NCBI GenBank assembly: GCA_004552485.1
Contig: SFOH01000008.1
Coordinates: 590-64,589 of the forward strand
Source of the DNA: Bacteroidales bacterium
Lineage (GTDB): Bacteria; Bacteroidota; Bacteroidia; Bacteroidales; Muribaculaceae
Length of the DNA: 64,000 bases
Reading direction: 5' to 3'
Below, piece after piece: positions 1 to 7,826 of this stretch (position 1 is its first letter; every line of letters begins with the position of its first letter). The notes beneath the pieces are model-generated. The model was not told the origin of the DNA. It was given only the letters and a program-made list of their open reading frames with translations, and ran no database searches. The position numbers and the translations under genes were made by a program.

Positions 1-76
1 CGCTCCGCCCTTTTATTAGCCAGCGATAATTGTCTATCGTTCAATGCTCTATGCAATCTGTTCCGGGTCACATATC

Positions 77-1655
77 CTATTGAACTTTTACGTTATTCTT
101 GTAAATTTGGAACCAAGAGCCATTCTGTTTTACGCTTGCCTTGCCATTTTCAAAGTCTCCGGCGTTATCATATTCAAACGGAATAACAATCTCGCCTTCC
201 TTGTCAATATAGCCCCATGTAGCATAAGCATAGGAATTATATTTGACTGCGCAAACTCCATCGTGGAAGGAGCTAACTTTGTAGAACTCAGCAGGAATTT
301 TTAGATTTCCGCTTTTGTCAATAAAACCCCATAACTCTTTACCACCATCATAAACTGCCGCTAAACCCTCGCTAAAATCCTTTGCTCCGCTCCATGGCCC
401 TGACAGTCGAGCACCAGTTTTATCTATAAATATCCAACGATTCTCTTTTACGATAGCGTATCCCTCGTGAAAATCTCTCGCATCAGAATATATGGGTTCG
501 ATTACGACTTTGCCGGTCTTGTCGATAAAGCCGTATTTCTGACGGTCTCTTATCCTTGCCAGGCCTTCGGAGAAGCCCCAGGTCTCGTAGAGAGTTGCGG
601 GAATGACTACTTCGTCGTTGTATTTGTAGCCGTAGAAGCCGGTGGTTTTGTCCTGGAAAACTTTGTATTGACTGGTGAGGGCGACGTCGTCCAAGGGGGC
701 GGCGCCGGTGGCGGAGTCGGAGGAGCCGCTTTTGAGGAGGGTGCCGCTGAGGGTGGCAGGGGTGGACTCGGAGACCGTGGCGGTGAGGGTGACGGGCGTA
801 TAGCCGGGAGCGGAGATGGTGACGGAGTGGTCGCCCACGGACAGATTCTCCACGATGTTGGGCGTCGTGCCGTAGTCCTTGCCGTCGATAGTGATGGCTG
901 CGTCAAAGGGCTTGTAGTTGATGTTGAGATAGCCGCTGATGACGCCAAGAGCCGGGATGGCCACGGCCGCTCCAGCTGCCCGAGCCGCGGCGTGTGTCGT
1001 TGACGAATATCTCCGTCTTGGGGGAGGCGGCGGTGATGGTGAGAGTGGGCATGGTCGAGACGAGTTCGACGGTGCGAGTCTCCTTCTTTCCGGCCATGAT
1101 AATGTTATCCTGCTGCGAAGCATAGCCGACCGACTCGACGCGGTAGGTGTGGGGGCCGTCGGGCAGAGCCACAGCCACCATGCCGTCCTCGACGGGCTTC
1201 TCCGTGCCGTCCACAAAGACGTGGGCATTCGCGGGCGTCACCTTCAGCAGGAAGTAATTCTCCTTGGGGCGCGACGAAGCCGCGGCGGCCGACTGCGGCG
1301 CGGTGAGTGTCAGCACGTATGTCACGCCGCCGGTCAGTGGCTCCGGGAACTTGTACATGAGGGGCGTGAACGAGCGCGACAGCACCTTCAGCTGCTTGGT
1401 GCCGTCAGTCATATACACCCAGTATTCGCCGCTCTGTTCTTTCACGTCGCCCATGACATTGCCCTGGAACGTGACGTCCTGAGCGATAACCTGCACCTTG
1501 ACGAGGGCGCACTTGCGGCCGTTGAGATCGTCGCGCGAATACTTCTGCGCGCTCAGGTCGTTGGTGGCGCCGAAGCTTTCGACCACGGCTTTCTGGGCTT
1601 GGGCGGACAGCGCCGCCATTAAACTCGCGAGAATGATTACGAAAAGATTTCTCAT
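77..1655 (-). pseudogene. Secreted PEGA-domain / WG-repeat (KWG) protein, reading frame broken near 960-975
   Basis: ORF 903..1655 starts with a signal peptide (MRNLFVIILASLMAALSAQAQ) and PEGA-like modules, then runs into junk (GRGHPGSWRHQRLSQ). ORF 77..1228, in another frame, is P/S/R-rich junk upstream. It becomes sensible from about AIPALGVISGYLNINYKPFDAAITIDGKDYG (PEGA), followed by multiple WG repeats (WGFIDKSGNLKIP, YGFIDKTGKVVIEP, WGYIDKEGEIVIP). It could alternatively be two genes, the second starting at GTG 964. Confidence 0.6.
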
Positions 1656-1736
1656 AACGGATAAAGATGGGTTAGGGCCGAACCGACACGCCGCGCACTC
1701 AGGCGCTAACAGTCAGCCGGTTGCGTTTTCTTTGTG

Positions 1737-1744
1737 CAAATATA
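1737..1744 (-). promoter_or_regulatory. Bacteroidetes -7 promoter box (TAtaTTTG), with -33 TTTG at 1765-1768
   Basis: The reverse complement reads TATATTTG. TTTG lies 20 nt upstream. The box is 82 nt upstream of ATG 1655. Confidence 0.6.
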
Positions 1745-1778
1745 CGCACTTCTTCTCTTTTATGCAAACATTCCGCCG

Positions 1779-1818
1779 CTTTCTGTACGAACCCCCGCGC
1801 TTTTTGGACGAACCTCAG
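1779..1818 (-). promoter_or_regulatory. Two tandem 21-nt direct repeats (plus strand CTTTCTGTACGAACCCCCGCG / CTTTTTGGACGAACCTCAG) 10 nt upstream of the -33 element; candidate activator site
   Basis: The same architecture and near-identical units recur at 54618-54659. Confidence 0.5.
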
Positions 1819-3140
1819 TAGTTGAGCAACGAAAGCAGGTCGGCGACCACGAACGTAGAGCCGCCCACAAAGATAGCCGACGAGGCCACCGACTCCGCCT
1901 CACACGCGCGTATTGCGGCGGCATAACCCTCGGCCACAGTGTCATGCACCGTGCCGTGCAGCCCGTGTTCGGCGCCCTTGGCGGCAATGTCGGCGGCTCG
2001 GGCGGCACGCAGTGTCGAAGGCTGCACAAAGTGGTAGACGGCATTGCGCGGCATGAAAGCCATCGATGCCGACACATCCTTGTCGCTGACGAAGCCCAGG
2101 ACAATGTGCAGGCGTGCATTGCCCTCGCCGGCGCCACAGATGCGGTCGGCGAGCTGCTGCAGACGCGGCCCCAGATATTGCCATGCGCCGGGATTGTGGC
2201 CCGTGTCGCAGACTGTGAGCGGCGCCGAGTCCACCGTCATCCACCGCCCCATGAGCCCCGTCAGCTCCGTGACATACTCAAAACCCTGCGCAAGCGCGTC
2301 CTGCGGAATGTGCGCCTCGGGCTCGAGGGCGCGGAGGATGGCCAGCGCCGTGTTGGCGTTGCGCTCCTGGAGGGCGCCGCTGAGCTCGCCGTTGAAGCGC
2401 ATGCCCGTGCCCGCGAGCGTGTAGCAGTTGTGGTCGGCGAAGAATTCCGTGGCGGCAATCCCGGGACGCTCGTCGGCAAAAGTGAGCGGCGCGCCCACGC
2501 TCTCGGCTATGCGTCGGAACACCGGCGCCGTCTCCGGGTCGCGCTCGCCGACAATGGCCGGCACGCCCGCCTTGAAGATGCCCGCTTTCTCGGCGGCGAT
2601 GGCCCCCTTTGTGTTGCCCAGTATGGCTGTGTGGTCGAGGGAGACATTCGTGACGGCCGTGACCACTGGGTCGATGATGTTCGTCGAGTCGAGACGTCCT
2701 CCCAGGCCAACTTCAATCACGGCATAGTCGACCTTGTTGCGGGCGAACCACTCGAAGGCCATGACAGTGGCCAGCTCGAAAAACGACGGGTCGCAGTCGA
2801 GGCTCATCGCCCGAAAACGCTCCACAAAGTCGATGACGGCCTCATGCGGAATGGGCCGCCCGTTCACGCGGATGCGCTCGTTGAAGTCGAGCAGGTGCGG
2901 CGACGTGTAGAGTCCCACGTTGTACCCCGCGGCACGCACCACCGCCGCCACCGTGTGCGCCGTCGAGCCCTTGCCGTTCGTGCCGCCGATGTGAATGCAG
3001 CGCAGGCCGCGATGCGGGTCGCCGAAGGCGCGGCTGAGAGTGCGCGTCGTCTCCAGCCCCGGCTTGTAGGCCGCCTGACCGATGCGGTGGAACGCCGCCA
3101 GGCGCGTGAACAGAAAGTCGGTTGTCTCTTTGTATGTCAT
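1815..3140 (-). CDS. folC: Bifunctional folylpolyglutamate synthase / dihydrofolate synthase
   Basis: 441 aa. Mur-ligase P-loop GGTNGKGST, and a typical FolC N-terminus (YKPGLETTRTLSRAFGDP). Confidence 0.92.
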   Translation of the reverse strand: MTYKETTDFLFTRLAAFHRIGQAAYKPGLETTRTLSRAFGDPHRGLRCIHIGGTNGKGSTAHTVAAVVRAAGYNVGLYTSPHLLDFNERIRVNGRPIPHEAVIDFVERFRAMSLDCDPSFFELATVMAFEWFARNKVDYAVIEVGLGGRLDSTNIIDPVVTAVTNVSLDHTAILGNTKGAIAAEKAGIFKAGVPAIVGERDPETAPVFRRIAESVGAPLTFADERPGIAATEFFADHNCYTLAGTGMRFNGELSGALQERNANTALAILRALEPEAHIPQDALAQGFEYVTELTGLMGRWMTVDSAPLTVCDTGHNPGAWQYLGPRLQQLADRICGAGEGNARLHIVLGFVSDKDVSASMAFMPRNAVYHFVQPSTLRAARAADIAAKGAEHGLHGTVHDTVAEGYAAAIRACEAESVASSAIFVGGSTFVVADLLSLLNY

Positions 3141-3152
3141 TGCAATTCGTGC

Positions 3153-3719
3153 TTAATAGAAGATGATTAACCCGGCCACGGCCGCCAGGCAGATAACCAG
3201 TATGGGATGCCATTTGGCGAAAAACACGCCGCAGAATGCTGCCACGCAGATGCCCACGGAGAAGCACACCGAGCGCGTGTCCGTGCCGAAGTTGGCGCCG
3301 TTCATCAGCAGCATCGCCGCCGACGCAATCAGCCCCACCACCACCGGCCGCAGCCCGGCGAACATCCCCTTGAGATAGACGGTGTCGCGGTGACGGTGGA
3401 TTAAGTGCGACGTGTACGTCACCAGCACCGCCGAGGGGAGCACCACCACCAGCGTGCACAGCACCGAGCCGAAGATGCCCCAGTACCAGCCCGCGAAGCC
3501 GTTGGCCTGCGGGGCCACATAGCCGATGTACGTGGCCGAGTTGATGCCGATGGGCCCGGGCGTCATCTGCGAGATGGCCACGATGTCCGTGAACATCTTC
3601 TCCGTGATCCACCCCTGCCCCACAATCAGATTCTCGATGAGCGCCAGCATGGCGTAGCCGCCGCCGAAGCCGAAGAGGCCGATGAGCAGATAGTTCCATA
3701 TGAGCCTTAGGAAAATCAT
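3153..3719 (-). CDS. chrA: Chromate transporter family protein (short ChrA, second half of the pair)
   Basis: Internal Met MIFLRLIWNYLLIGLFGFGGGYAMLALIE. The upstream part of the ORF is junk. ATGA overlap with the preceding chrA. Confidence 0.85.
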   Translation of the reverse strand: MIFLRLIWNYLLIGLFGFGGGYAMLALIENLIVGQGWITEKMFTDIVAISQMTPGPIGINSATYIGYVAPQANGFAGWYWGIFGSVLCTLVVVLPSAVLVTYTSHLIHRHRDTVYLKGMFAGLRPVVVGLIASAAMLLMNGANFGTDTRSVCFSVGICVAAFCGVFFAKWHPILVICLAAVAGLIIFY

Positions 3720-4342
3720 CGTGCGGCCCCCTCCCCGGGCTTGCGGTTCTTCATCGCGCGCGTGTAAACAACGATGCCGCCGACGGCGCCGAGCGCAATC
3801 CACAGCACCGGGCTGGAGACGACGGGTAGCCCCGACCATATCGTCAGCGCCACCACCACCGGAATCCACACCGTCTTCCAATTGAGCTTCGCGGCCTTAG
3901 CCGCAGAGATGACCGGCGCGACAATCAGCGCCACCACCGCCGGACGGATGCCGCGGAAGATGGCCGACACCACGCGGTTGCCGTTGATGAGATCGGGCGT
4001 CAGAAACAGGGCGATGCAGAGAATAATGACGAACGAGGGCATGATCGTGCCCAGCGCCGCCGCCACACTGCCGCGCTTGCCGCGCAGACTGTCGCCCACG
4101 CTCACCGCGATGTTCACCGCCAGGATGCCCGGCAGACTCTGAGCCACCGCCAACAGGTCATAGAAGTCCTCGCGGCGCACCCAGTGATACTTCGTCACAA
4201 TCTCGCGCTCGATAATAGAAATCATGGCCCATCCGCCGCCGAAGGTGAACGCGCCTATCTTGAAGAACGTGCCAAACAGCTGCCTCAGCCTTGGCACCGC
4301 GGCCGTCTCGTTTTCCCTAAGAGTCTTATCGTCCATTGTCAC
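3716..4342 (-). CDS. chrA: Chromate transporter family protein (short ChrA, first half of the pair)
   Basis: 208 aa with FFKIGAFTFGGGWAMISIIEREIV. 4-nt overlap with the helicase stop. Confidence 0.85.
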   Translation of the reverse strand: MTMDDKTLRENETAAVPRLRQLFGTFFKIGAFTFGGGWAMISIIEREIVTKYHWVRREDFYDLLAVAQSLPGILAVNIAVSVGDSLRGKRGSVAAALGTIMPSFVIILCIALFLTPDLINGNRVVSAIFRGIRPAVVALIVAPVISAAKAAKLNWKTVWIPVVVALTIWSGLPVVSSPVLWIALGAVGGIVVYTRAMKNRKPGEGAAR

Positions 4343-6642
4343 ACAAATTGAAATTTGGCAAAAGCGAGCAGCAGCGTCTTGATGTCCTTCTCCGAGAACG
4401 ACACCTTGATGCGTGCTCCCGCCGGGTTGTCGCCGTCGACTTCCACGATAACGCCGTGGCCGAACTTCGGATGCAGAATCTTCCGCCCCGTTTCCACCTC
4501 CGCCGCCGTGTGAGTGGTGAAGTTGCCCTCGGCCCCGGAAGCCGCTTTCGCGGCGACGCTCGCAGTGCGCCGGCGAATAGGCTCGCCCGACTCGATGGCT
4601 GCGAACGGCGACGACGAGCGCACCGGCCGCGACTCGCGCGGCATGTCCTCGCGGCTGCCGTCCGAGAAGCTCAGATAGCGCGAGTCGATGTCACGCAGGA
4701 ACGGCGAGGGCTGCGAGAACACCGTCATGCCGTTGCGGAAACGCTGCTGCGCATAGGAGAGCATGCAGTAGCGCTTGGCACGCGTGATGGCCACATAGAG
4801 CAGACGGCGCTCCTCCTCGATGGCCGCCGCATCATCCTTGCTCATCAGCGACGGCAGCAAGTCGTCCTCCACGCCCACCACGTAGACATTGCCGAACTCC
4901 AGGCCCTTAGCCGCATGAATCGTCATCAGCGTCACCTTGTCGGCGCTGCCGTCCGCGTCGGGCACCTCCGAGTCCGTCTTCAGCGACAGCTCCGCCATAA
5001 AGTCCGTCATCGTCGCCTGCTCGCCCATGCCCTGCTCGCGGCGCTCTTCCACGAAGGCGACAGCCTCCGCCAGCACCTCGTTCACATTCTCCGCCTTGGC
5101 GATATTCTCGGGCGTGCGGTCCGAGGCGTAGACGGCCAGCATCCCCGTGCGCTGAATAGCCTCGCGGGCCAGCACATCGGCGTCCACGCCCTTCGCCGAA
5201 AGAGAGTTGAGGGCCGTGACAATGTCGGCGAAACGCTGCAGCTTCGCCGCCGTGCCCCGGTTGATGTTCACGTCGAAAAGCCCCGGATTCGAAATAACCG
5301 TCCACAGCGGCACCTGCCTGCCCATCGCCGCCGCCGTCAGTTTGCGGAGCGTCGTCTCGCCGATGCCGCGTGCCGGAACATTGATCACGCGCCTGACCGC
5401 CTCGTCGTCCTCCGGATTGATGGCCAGGCGGAAGTATGCCACCATGTCCTTCACCTCCTTGCGGGCGTAGAAACTCAGACCCCCGTAGATGCGGTACGGA
5501 ATGTTGCGCCGGCGCAGACTCTCCTCTAAGAGGCGGCTCTGGGCGTTCGTGCGGTAGAGCACCGCGAACTCGTCGTAGCTGTCGCCCGTCACGCGCTTGC
5601 GGCGCGTGATGGCCGCGGCCACAAGGGCACTCTCCTCATAGTCCGAATAGCTGCGCACAACCTCCACGCGGCTGCCCTCGCCGTTGCGCGAGAACACCTG
5701 CTTCGGAATCTGATTGCGGTTCTTCTCGATCAGCGTCCCTGCCGCGTTGATGATGTTCTCCGTAGAGCGATAGTTCTGCTCCAATTTGAACATACGCAGC
5801 CCCGGGAACGAGCGCTTCAGCCCTAAGATGTTCGAGATGTTGGCGCCGCGGAACGAGTAGATACTCTGCGCGTCGTCGCCCACCACGCACACCCGCTGCT
5901 CCTCGCCCGCCAGCAGAGCCACAATATTGTGCTGGGCGAAGTTCGTGTCCTGGTACTCGTCCACCAGGATGTAGCGGAACAGCTCGCGGTAGTGGCGCAG
6001 CACGTCCGGATTGTCGCGCAGAAGCACATTCGTGTTGAACAGCAGATCGTCGAAGTCCATCGCCTGCGCCACGCGGCAACGGCTGACGTATGCCGCGTAG
6101 ATCTGCCCGAACCGGGGACGCCCCGCCGTGCTGTCGCGGTGTGCCGAGTCGTTGTCCGCCACGTACTGCTGCGGCGAGATCAGCGCGTTCTTCAGACGGG
6201 AGATGGCCGCGGCCACCGTCGCCGGCTTGTAGACCTTCTCGTCGAGGTCCATATCGCGGATAATCGACTTGATGAGCGAGCGCGAGTCGGCCGAGTCGTA
6301 TATCGTGAAGTTCGGGCGGTAGCCGATGCGGTCGGCGTTCAGACGCAGAATGCGGGCGAAGATAGAGTGGAACGTGCCCATCCACAGCCGCTGCGCCACC
6401 CGGGGGCCGCTCAGCGCCGTCACACGCTCGCGCATCTCGCGCGCCGCCTTGTTCGTGAACGTCAGCGCCATGATGCGGAACGGCTCGTAGCCCCGGGCAA
6501 GCAGATGAACAATCTTGTAAGTGAGCACACGCGTCTTGCCCGAGCCCGCGCCGGCAATCACCAGCTCGGGCCCGTCGAGGAATAGGACCGCCTCACGCTG
6601 CGCCTCGTTGAGGGCGTCGAGATAGAAAGGAGCCTCGCTCAT
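4339..6642 (-). CDS. uvrD: ATP-dependent DNA helicase, UvrD/PcrA/Rep family
   Basis: Walker A GAGSGKT, DEYQDT motif, about 767 aa. ATG at 6642 is preferred over TTG at 6654. Confidence 0.9.
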   Translation of the reverse strand: MSEAPFYLDALNEAQREAVLFLDGPELVIAGAGSGKTRVLTYKIVHLLARGYEPFRIMALTFTNKAAREMRERVTALSGPRVAQRLWMGTFHSIFARILRLNADRIGYRPNFTIYDSADSRSLIKSIIRDMDLDEKVYKPATVAAAISRLKNALISPQQYVADNDSAHRDSTAGRPRFGQIYAAYVSRCRVAQAMDFDDLLFNTNVLLRDNPDVLRHYRELFRYILVDEYQDTNFAQHNIVALLAGEEQRVCVVGDDAQSIYSFRGANISNILGLKRSFPGLRMFKLEQNYRSTENIINAAGTLIEKNRNQIPKQVFSRNGEGSRVEVVRSYSDYEESALVAAAITRRKRVTGDSYDEFAVLYRTNAQSRLLEESLRRRNIPYRIYGGLSFYARKEVKDMVAYFRLAINPEDDEAVRRVINVPARGIGETTLRKLTAAAMGRQVPLWTVISNPGLFDVNINRGTAAKLQRFADIVTALNSLSAKGVDADVLAREAIQRTGMLAVYASDRTPENIAKAENVNEVLAEAVAFVEERREQGMGEQATMTDFMAELSLKTDSEVPDADGSADKVTLMTIHAAKGLEFGNVYVVGVEDDLLPSLMSKDDAAAIEEERRLLYVAITRAKRYCMLSYAQQRFRNGMTVFSQPSPFLRDIDSRYLSFSDGSREDMPRESRPVRSSSPFAAIESGEPIRRRTASVAAKAASGAEGNFTTHTAAEVETGRKILHPKFGHGVIVEVDGDNPAGARIKVSFSEKDIKTLLLAFAKFQFV

Positions 6643-6647
6643 AACGC

Positions 6648-6836
6648 TCACCAAAAACGGTTCTGCTCGGGATTATACACAAAGCCGGCGTCGGCAAGCT
6701 GCTGCTCCAGCTGACGGCGGTCGATGGAGAGAGCGGCGCAGAGGGCGTCGAGGCCGTCGGGGAATTCGTCGCGCAGCCGGGTGTTAATGAAGCTGAGAAG
6801 GATAGCGGGGTCCTTAGGAAGATCATTCATAGCCAT
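6648..6836 (-). CDS. DUF4250 domain-containing protein
   Basis: 62 aa. LLSFINTRLRDEFPDGLDALCAAL is typical of DUF4250. Sits immediately upstream of the helicase. Confidence 0.8.
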   Translation of the reverse strand: MAMNDLPKDPAILLSFINTRLRDEFPDGLDALCAALSIDRRQLEQQLADAGFVYNPEQNRFW

Positions 6837-6852
6837 TGAACAATTAGGACTG

Positions 6853-6860
6853 CAAAGGTA
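6853..6860 (-). promoter_or_regulatory. -7 promoter box (TAccTTTG)
   Basis: The reverse complement reads TACCTTTG, 17 nt upstream of ATG 6836. Confidence 0.6.
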
Positions 6861-6886
6861 CGCAATTTCCGTGAGACGGCCGCGCC

Positions 6887-7600
6887 CTACCCCTCACTTT
6901 TTTCGGCGGAAGAGCGGCCGGCGGAGGCGACGTTGGTGATGTAGACGGTGAGCATGGGGATGAGGATGAGGCCCGCGCCCGCCAGAACGATGCTGAGAGT
7001 CTTGCCCAGGTCGGTGTAGGCGACGATATTCGAGCCCGTCGTGGTCATGCACATCACCGCCCACCACAGCGTCCGCCCGTAGCTGCTGACCCCCGGATTC
7101 ACCCCGTGCTCTTCGACGAAGAACATCAGCGAGGCAAAGTAGATGAGGGTGACCAGCAGCACGATGTAGGCGCGGAAGACATTGCCTACGCGGTTTTGCG
7201 TGATGAGGCCGGTGAGCACGGCGAAGACCCCGGCGGCACGCACCATCGGCACGAAGCGCAGTACGAAGATGAGCTGCCCGCTGAGACTGATGCCGAGGGC
7301 GGGGAGGATGCTGAGGTAGGGTATGCACACAATGAGAAAGGGGAGATTGGCCAGCAGTGCCCGCCCGCGTCGTGCCGAGAAGGCGATTTCGGCGAGGATG
7401 TCGGCGAGAAAGACGAGGCATATCCACAGCTGGAGGCGGAGGTAGAGTGGGTCCGAAAGGAAGCTCACGGCATGGAGGGCGTCACGCGACACCATGTAGA
7501 CGAGCAGGACGGCGCCTGCAATAGTGGCGATGTGCAGTGCGAGCAGCAGCGCCTGCCGCCAGTCTCTTCTGACTTTGTATTCTTGATTCGTTGCGGGCAT
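6887..7600 (-). CDS. Ion transport (voltage-gated-type, 6TM) channel family protein with an atypical pore filter
   Basis: Start taken at MPATNQEYKV. S4-like LRFVPMVRAAG. Pore region TLWWAVMCMTTTGSNIVAYTDLGK aligns to the K-channel WWAvvTmTTVGYGD signature, but GYG is replaced by GSN. Confidence 0.8.
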   Translation of the reverse strand: MPATNQEYKVRRDWRQALLLALHIATIAGAVLLVYMVSRDALHAVSFLSDPLYLRLQLWICLVFLADILAEIAFSARRGRALLANLPFLIVCIPYLSILPALGISLSGQLIFVLRFVPMVRAAGVFAVLTGLITQNRVGNVFRAYIVLLVTLIYFASLMFFVEEHGVNPGVSSYGRTLWWAVMCMTTTGSNIVAYTDLGKTLSIVLAGAGLILIPMLTVYITNVASAGRSSAEKSEG

Positions 7601-7754
7601 AAGCGATGATAAGTGCGCGGCGACCGGCACGGCGGTCTGCGCTTTTCTTCTAAAACGCCCTCTCACGCCCGTTGGTTCACGTTCCGGGCCCGCTCCCGTG
7701 CTCACGCCGGCATTTTTATATGGACACGGTTTTTCTGATTTGAAGGATTATGCG

Positions 7755-7762
7755 TAACTTTG
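7755..7762 (+). promoter_or_regulatory. -7 promoter box (TAacTTTG)
   Basis: 65 nt upstream of the mutS2 ATG at 7827. Confidence 0.6.
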
Positions 7763-7826
7763 CAGGGCGGAACGCGGAGCCGCGGCTTCTGCGGGTTCCC
7801 GTTCTTTATAAATAATAGGCACGAGT

